Positions 7,483-11,028 of a DNA stretch of 11,028 nt are shown here, one piece after another. The first letter of the stretch is position 1. Each line of letters opens with the position of its first letter. The position numbers and the translations under genes were made by a program. The notes below the pieces were generated by a model. That model ran no database searches, was not told where the DNA came from, and saw only the letters and a list, made by a program, of their open reading frames with translations. The stretch is from the NCBI GenBank assembly GCA_048885535.1, contig JBHLLO010000086.1:1-11028 (forward strand), read 5' to 3'. This DNA comes from Candidatus Hermodarchaeota archaeon. GTDB lineage: Archaea; Asgardarchaeota; Lokiarchaeia; Sigyniarchaeales; SOKP01.

Positions 7483-8424
7483 TTAGAATTTTAGCTGATT
7501 CGTAATAAGTACTTCATTTATTAAACCTCGTTTTGATGAAACAGAATTGATTGCACGTTTGGCTTTTAGAGTAATGATCCTATAATCTTTATACATATCT
7601 AAAATAAATTCACAATAAGAATTACTTAACAATAATTTACAACCTTTCTTATCTAATTTTTTAAAAATTTCAAATAATTTTAGTTGCGAATCTTCTCCAA
7701 AATCTTGTTTAGTATAACTAGTAAACAAAGCCGTTTTAGAGATGGGATAGTATGGGGGATCTAAGTAAATCAAATCATCTTTCTCGGCAAAATTTAAACA
7801 CATTTCAAAAGAACCATGAAAAATATTAATGTTCTTTAAAACTTTATAAACAGCTCTTAAATTTTCTTCATCACATATAGTCGGATTTTTATGTCTACCA
7901 AATGGTACATTGAAAAAACCCTTACTATTAACGCGATATAATCCATTAAAACCTGTTTTATTCAGATATATTGTTCTTGAAGCTCTCTCAATATCGGATA
8001 GTTTTGAATATAGTTGTGAATTCCGATCTATAGCTCGGACCTTATAATAGTAAACCTTTTTATATTTGTGTTTCTTCAAAGAATTTATTAAATCTTCAAC
8101 GCGTTCCTTAATAACTTTATAACAATTGATTAATTCTAAGTTATTATCAATTAATATAGCATTTGAGGGTAATAAGTAAAAAAACAATGCCCCCCCACCC
8201 ACAAAAGGTTCAATATAACGGTTAAAATTATGTGGTATGAATTTACTTAATTGGGGAATTAATTGTCTTTTTCCACCAGCCCACTTCAAAAAGGGATGTG
8301 GTGTTCCTATAATATTCCTATTCTTTTTATTCTTATCCCTTTTTGATGATAGATAGATTTCAAATTGATCTTCTGCCTCAAAAAAACCTATCAATGATTT
8401 TTGTGGATTATCTTTATTAGGCAA
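7483..8424 (-). CDS. dam: DNA adenine (N6) methyltransferase, Dam/DpnM-like (D12 class, alpha group), probably GATC-specific
   Basis: Motif X FLKWAGGK, motif I YIEPFVGGGALF, target-recognition region GFNGLYRVNSKGFFNVPFG, catalytic motif IV YLDPPY and LLSNS. TTG start preceded by GAGGTCAT. Confidence 0.92.
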   Translation of the reverse strand: MPNKDNPQKSLIGFFEAEDQFEIYLSSKRDKNKKNRNIIGTPHPFLKWAGGKRQLIPQLSKFIPHNFNRYIEPFVGGGALFFYLLPSNAILIDNNLELINCYKVIKERVEDLINSLKKHKYKKVYYYKVRAIDRNSQLYSKLSDIERASRTIYLNKTGFNGLYRVNSKGFFNVPFGRHKNPTICDEENLRAVYKVLKNINIFHGSFEMCLNFAEKDDLIYLDPPYYPISKTALFTSYTKQDFGEDSQLKLFEIFKKLDKKGCKLLLSNSYCEFILDMYKDYRIITLKAKRAINSVSSKRGLINEVLITNQLKF

Positions 8425-8692
8425 ACTAAATTATGACCTCATTTAATCGCATATTATAATTATTCATTTAGAATAATATATTTGTTAATCTTGATTTTTA
8501 TCAAAAATTATTAGGCACATAATATTATTTAACATAACCGTTAAAAAAATCTAATTTGAAATATATTTCTTAAATTCCTTCGAGATTTTTGAATTTTTTA
8601 AAATATTAGGTTTAAAATTTTAAATTATCATTAACTTAATATTCCCATAAAGGAATAGATATTTATCTCTATGTTTCATTCGAGAAATTGGT
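8425..8692. promoter_or_regulatory. AT-rich divergent promoter region between the methyltransferase and MoxR genes
   Basis: 268-bp very AT-rich non-coding gap between divergent starts. It has several TATA-like hexamers, but no single box can be assigned confidently. Confidence 0.5.
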
Positions 8693-9634
8693 ATGAATAA
8701 TAAAGAAAAATTTGAACAACTGTTTAGTCAACATCTTATAAAAGATATCACAGAGGAACATATAAATATCGTATTATCTGGTCAGTATGGAAAGGCGCTG
8801 GAGTTGTTAAGAGATGCAGAGGCTACTGGTTTATTTCCTGCTTTAGTAGGTCCACCAGGAGTGGGTAAGACTATCTTATGTAGATATTTTGCGAGTTTAC
8901 GAGCTAAAGAAAATAAAAATAAGAGCTTTTATTGGATGACTATGGATGAAAGTATAAAACCATCGCATTTTATAGGTTCTTTTGATCCAGCAATAACTTT
9001 AAAAAAAGGTTTTGTGCTTGAAGCATTTAATCCAGGACCATTATTGAATGCGATGTTAGAAGGAGGTACATTTCTAGCTAATGAAATTAACCGTGCTACA
9101 GAATATTCACAAAATACATTATTAGAACCTTTAGAAGAAGCATCGATTGGTATACCGCATTTAGGAAGAATTAAAGCTGATGATGATTTCTTCTTTATTT
9201 CAGCAATGAATCCAGAGGAATTATCTGGGACACATCGACTTTCAGAAGCTTTAAAAGATAGGATCAAGGTTTGGATAAAACTAACATACCCAGATAAAAC
9301 TACTGAATTAGATATAATAAGAATTAATTTACCTGAGCATTTTACTATTGAAGAATCGGAATTAGAGTTGATATATTCAATAATTGACGAAACTAGAAGA
9401 AATAAAATCGATATTGAAGTACCTGCATCTATTAGAGCGGGTATTGCAATTGCTAAGATGTTAGCAAGAAGGCGCTTTCTTGAAAAAGAAGGAAAATTTA
9501 AGGAAGGCGGTTCAGTATATGAATATCTCTCTGAAATTTCGAAATATGTATTATTAGGTAGTATTAAACCAAAACCTGGTATAAGGGTTGAAAGTATTAT
9601 TGACAACGTTATTCATAAAACACTAGGAGCATAG
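8693..9634 (+). CDS. MoxR-family (CoxD/GvpN-like) AAA+ ATPase
   Basis: Walker A GPPGVGKT, Walker B variant FLANEINR, FNPGPL, QNTLLEPLEE, sensor I SAMNP, Arg-finger segment LSEALKDR, LTYPD and sensor II PASIRAG. Confidence 0.9.
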   Translation: MNNKEKFEQLFSQHLIKDITEEHINIVLSGQYGKALELLRDAEATGLFPALVGPPGVGKTILCRYFASLRAKENKNKSFYWMTMDESIKPSHFIGSFDPAITLKKGFVLEAFNPGPLLNAMLEGGTFLANEINRATEYSQNTLLEPLEEASIGIPHLGRIKADDDFFFISAMNPEELSGTHRLSEALKDRIKVWIKLTYPDKTTELDIIRINLPEHFTIEESELELIYSIIDETRRNKIDIEVPASIRAGIAIAKMLARRRFLEKEGKFKEGGSVYEYLSEISKYVLLGSIKPKPGIRVESIIDNVIHKTLGA

Positions 9635-9649
9635 GAGGATCATTTCTTA

Positions 9650-11028
9650 ATGGGGGTATTTCCAGAAAATCCATGTGAATTTGCTGTTGATTTTATTAGA
9701 AAGATGAGGAATCATCCTGATATAGTACAGATTCCCTCTTCAAGACAAGTTCTTTCTATCCCTAGATTAATTTTATCGCGGTATTATAGAATCGGAAAAG
9801 TAACACCAAATGATTATATTGAAATAAGCACTGTTACTTCTTTTCCTGATAACCAACAATTAGCACAAGAAATTGCATTTGAAATTCTCTTTCCTAATTA
9901 TAAAAAAGATATGGTTGAGTCATTTTTTCCTAGTAATGATGAGTTGAGAGAAGAAATTAATAATGAAATTGTAACTAATGAAATAAAATCTGAGCTAGAT
10001 CAAATTCAAGAAATAATTAACGAAATAGAAATCTCAAAATCGATTGATCAAGACTCAATTATGGAATTGGAAAACTTTTTTGAAGATTTAAACCAAAAAA
10101 GAGATCAAGAGCCATACAAATCAGCCTTACATTTTTTTAATGATGATTCTGAATTATATAAAGAGGAAATCTCATCCTTAGATAAATTAATTGAAGAAGC
10201 GAAAAATCGTTTAGAACAGAAAATTAACTCTTTAGAACCAGAAGATATAAAAGCAGGAGTCCAATTGGGTTTAAATGAATTGATTCAATCAAATTCTCTC
10301 CGAGAATGGGAGAAAATTACAGCTAATGCGCTTGATAATAAAGATATTGCTTTAGAATTAGAAAATTTAATTAAAAACGATAAGTTTGATGACCTCTTGC
10401 AAACAATGAAGTACTTAAATGAATCTATTACCGATCAAAATATTAAAAAACAAATAAAGGATATCAAAAACCAACTTCAAAATCAGATTAACAATCTAGA
10501 TCAATTATTTAATGCTGCAAAGACTTTAGGTGAGACTCCTCAATTTGATCCTCAAAAGATATTACAAAAATCATTAGAAAATTCATCATTTGAACATAAT
10601 TATAATTTAGCTAATTCCTTAGATCAATATTTTGGTACAAATCTCAGAGCTGAACTGTTAAATAAATTTCAAGAACAAGTTCAAAATTCTGGAATGAATC
10701 TGTCTCTTGAAAATTTGACTAAAAGTGCTTTTGCAGACAAATCGTGGAATAAATTGTTTAAGCAAACCCTTCAGAATGCAATAGGAGATGCAAAACAACA
10801 AAAAGTTAAATTTGAAGCATTAAAATCACTTACTTATCAATTACAACAATTAGCTAATAGTTGTGCGAATATCCATTGCAGTCAGAAAATGGATCTACAA
10901 ATTCCTAATCTAATAAAGGAAACTTTGCAAATATGTGAAACATCAGAGCAGCTGAGAAATACTATTGAATTTTTTAGGAAAATCGGATTAAATCCAGAAA
11001 CAGATATGATTAAGGATGTTGGAAAAAA
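9650..11028 (+). CDS. Large helical protein, probable MoxR partner (VWA/CoxE-like); 3'-truncated by window
   Basis: Not in the ORF track because it has no stop in the window. ATG at 9650 follows AGGAGG (9633-9638). The frame is open for 459 codons: MGVFPENPCEFAVDFIRKMRNHPDIVQIPSSRQVLSIPRLILSRYYRIGKVTPNDYIEIS...FFRKIGLNPETDMIKDVGK. It starts 15 bp after the MoxR stop. No MIDAS motif was seen in the visible part, so the VWA call rests on gene context only. Confidence 0.8.
   Translation, partial: MGVFPENPCEFAVDFIRKMRNHPDIVQIPSSRQVLSIPRLILSRYYRIGKVTPNDYIEISTVTSFPDNQQLAQEIAFEILFPNYKKDMVESFFPSNDELREEINNEIVTNEIKSELDQIQEIINEIEISKSIDQDSIMELENFFEDLNQKRDQEPYKSALHFFNDDSELYKEEISSLDKLIEEAKNRLEQKINSLEPEDIKAGVQLGLNELIQSNSLREWEKITANALDNKDIALELENLIKNDKFDDLLQTMKYLNESITDQNIKKQIKDIKNQLQNQINNLDQLFNAAKTLGETPQFDPQKILQKSLENSSFEHNYNLANSLDQYFGTNLRAELLNKFQEQVQNSGMNLSLENLTKSAFADKSWNKLFKQTLQNAIGDAKQQKVKFEALKSLTYQLQQLANSCANIHCSQKMDLQIPNLIKETLQICETSEQLRNTIEFFRKIGLNPETDMIKDVGK

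Noticed and set aside
4847-8424. tRNA-anchored integrated element carrying the GRE and methyltransferase
   Set aside because: These genes lie 5' of the tRNA. No integrase, no duplicated tRNA end and no clear composition shift were seen.
8611-8624. Perfect 14-bp palindrome TTTAAAATTTTAAA in the divergent intergenic region
   Set aside because: All A/T in a very AT-rich tract, so it is plausible by chance and cannot be supported as an operator.
8929-9606. 225-aa minus-strand ORF
   Set aside because: Lies entirely antisense to the MoxR gene, with the Ser/Ile/Phe-rich composition typical of shadow frames.

Overview
Low-GC archaeal chromosomal segment, probably Asgard/Lokiarchaeia-like (inferred from archaeal-type ValRS, archaeal-type ScpA and tRNA-Ala(CGC) without an encoded CCA; not confirmed). 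From left to right: the 3' end of smc, then scpA and scpB (+), converging on an archaeal-type valS (-). A tRNA-Ala(CGC) gene lies 28 bp upstream of valS. Next come an uncharacterised glycyl radical enzyme with no adjacent activase (-) and a solitary Dam/DpnM-like adenine methyltransferase (-). Divergent from these are a MoxR-family AAA+ ATPase (+) and a long partner ORF (9650 to window end, absent from the ORF track). Most notable: (1) the kleisin ScpA carries an extra N-terminal Rho_N/SAP/HeH-like domain, and all three SMC-complex subunits have acidic extensions; (2) the MoxR has a Walker B D-to-N change and its partner begins with an AAA-lid-like segment; (3) the glycyl radical enzyme has an unfamiliar active-site residue set; (4) ValRS has altered HIGH and KMSKS motifs and an insertion; (5) scpA and scpB may use ATT starts. 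No CRISPR array or mobile element was seen. All alignments were made by eye.
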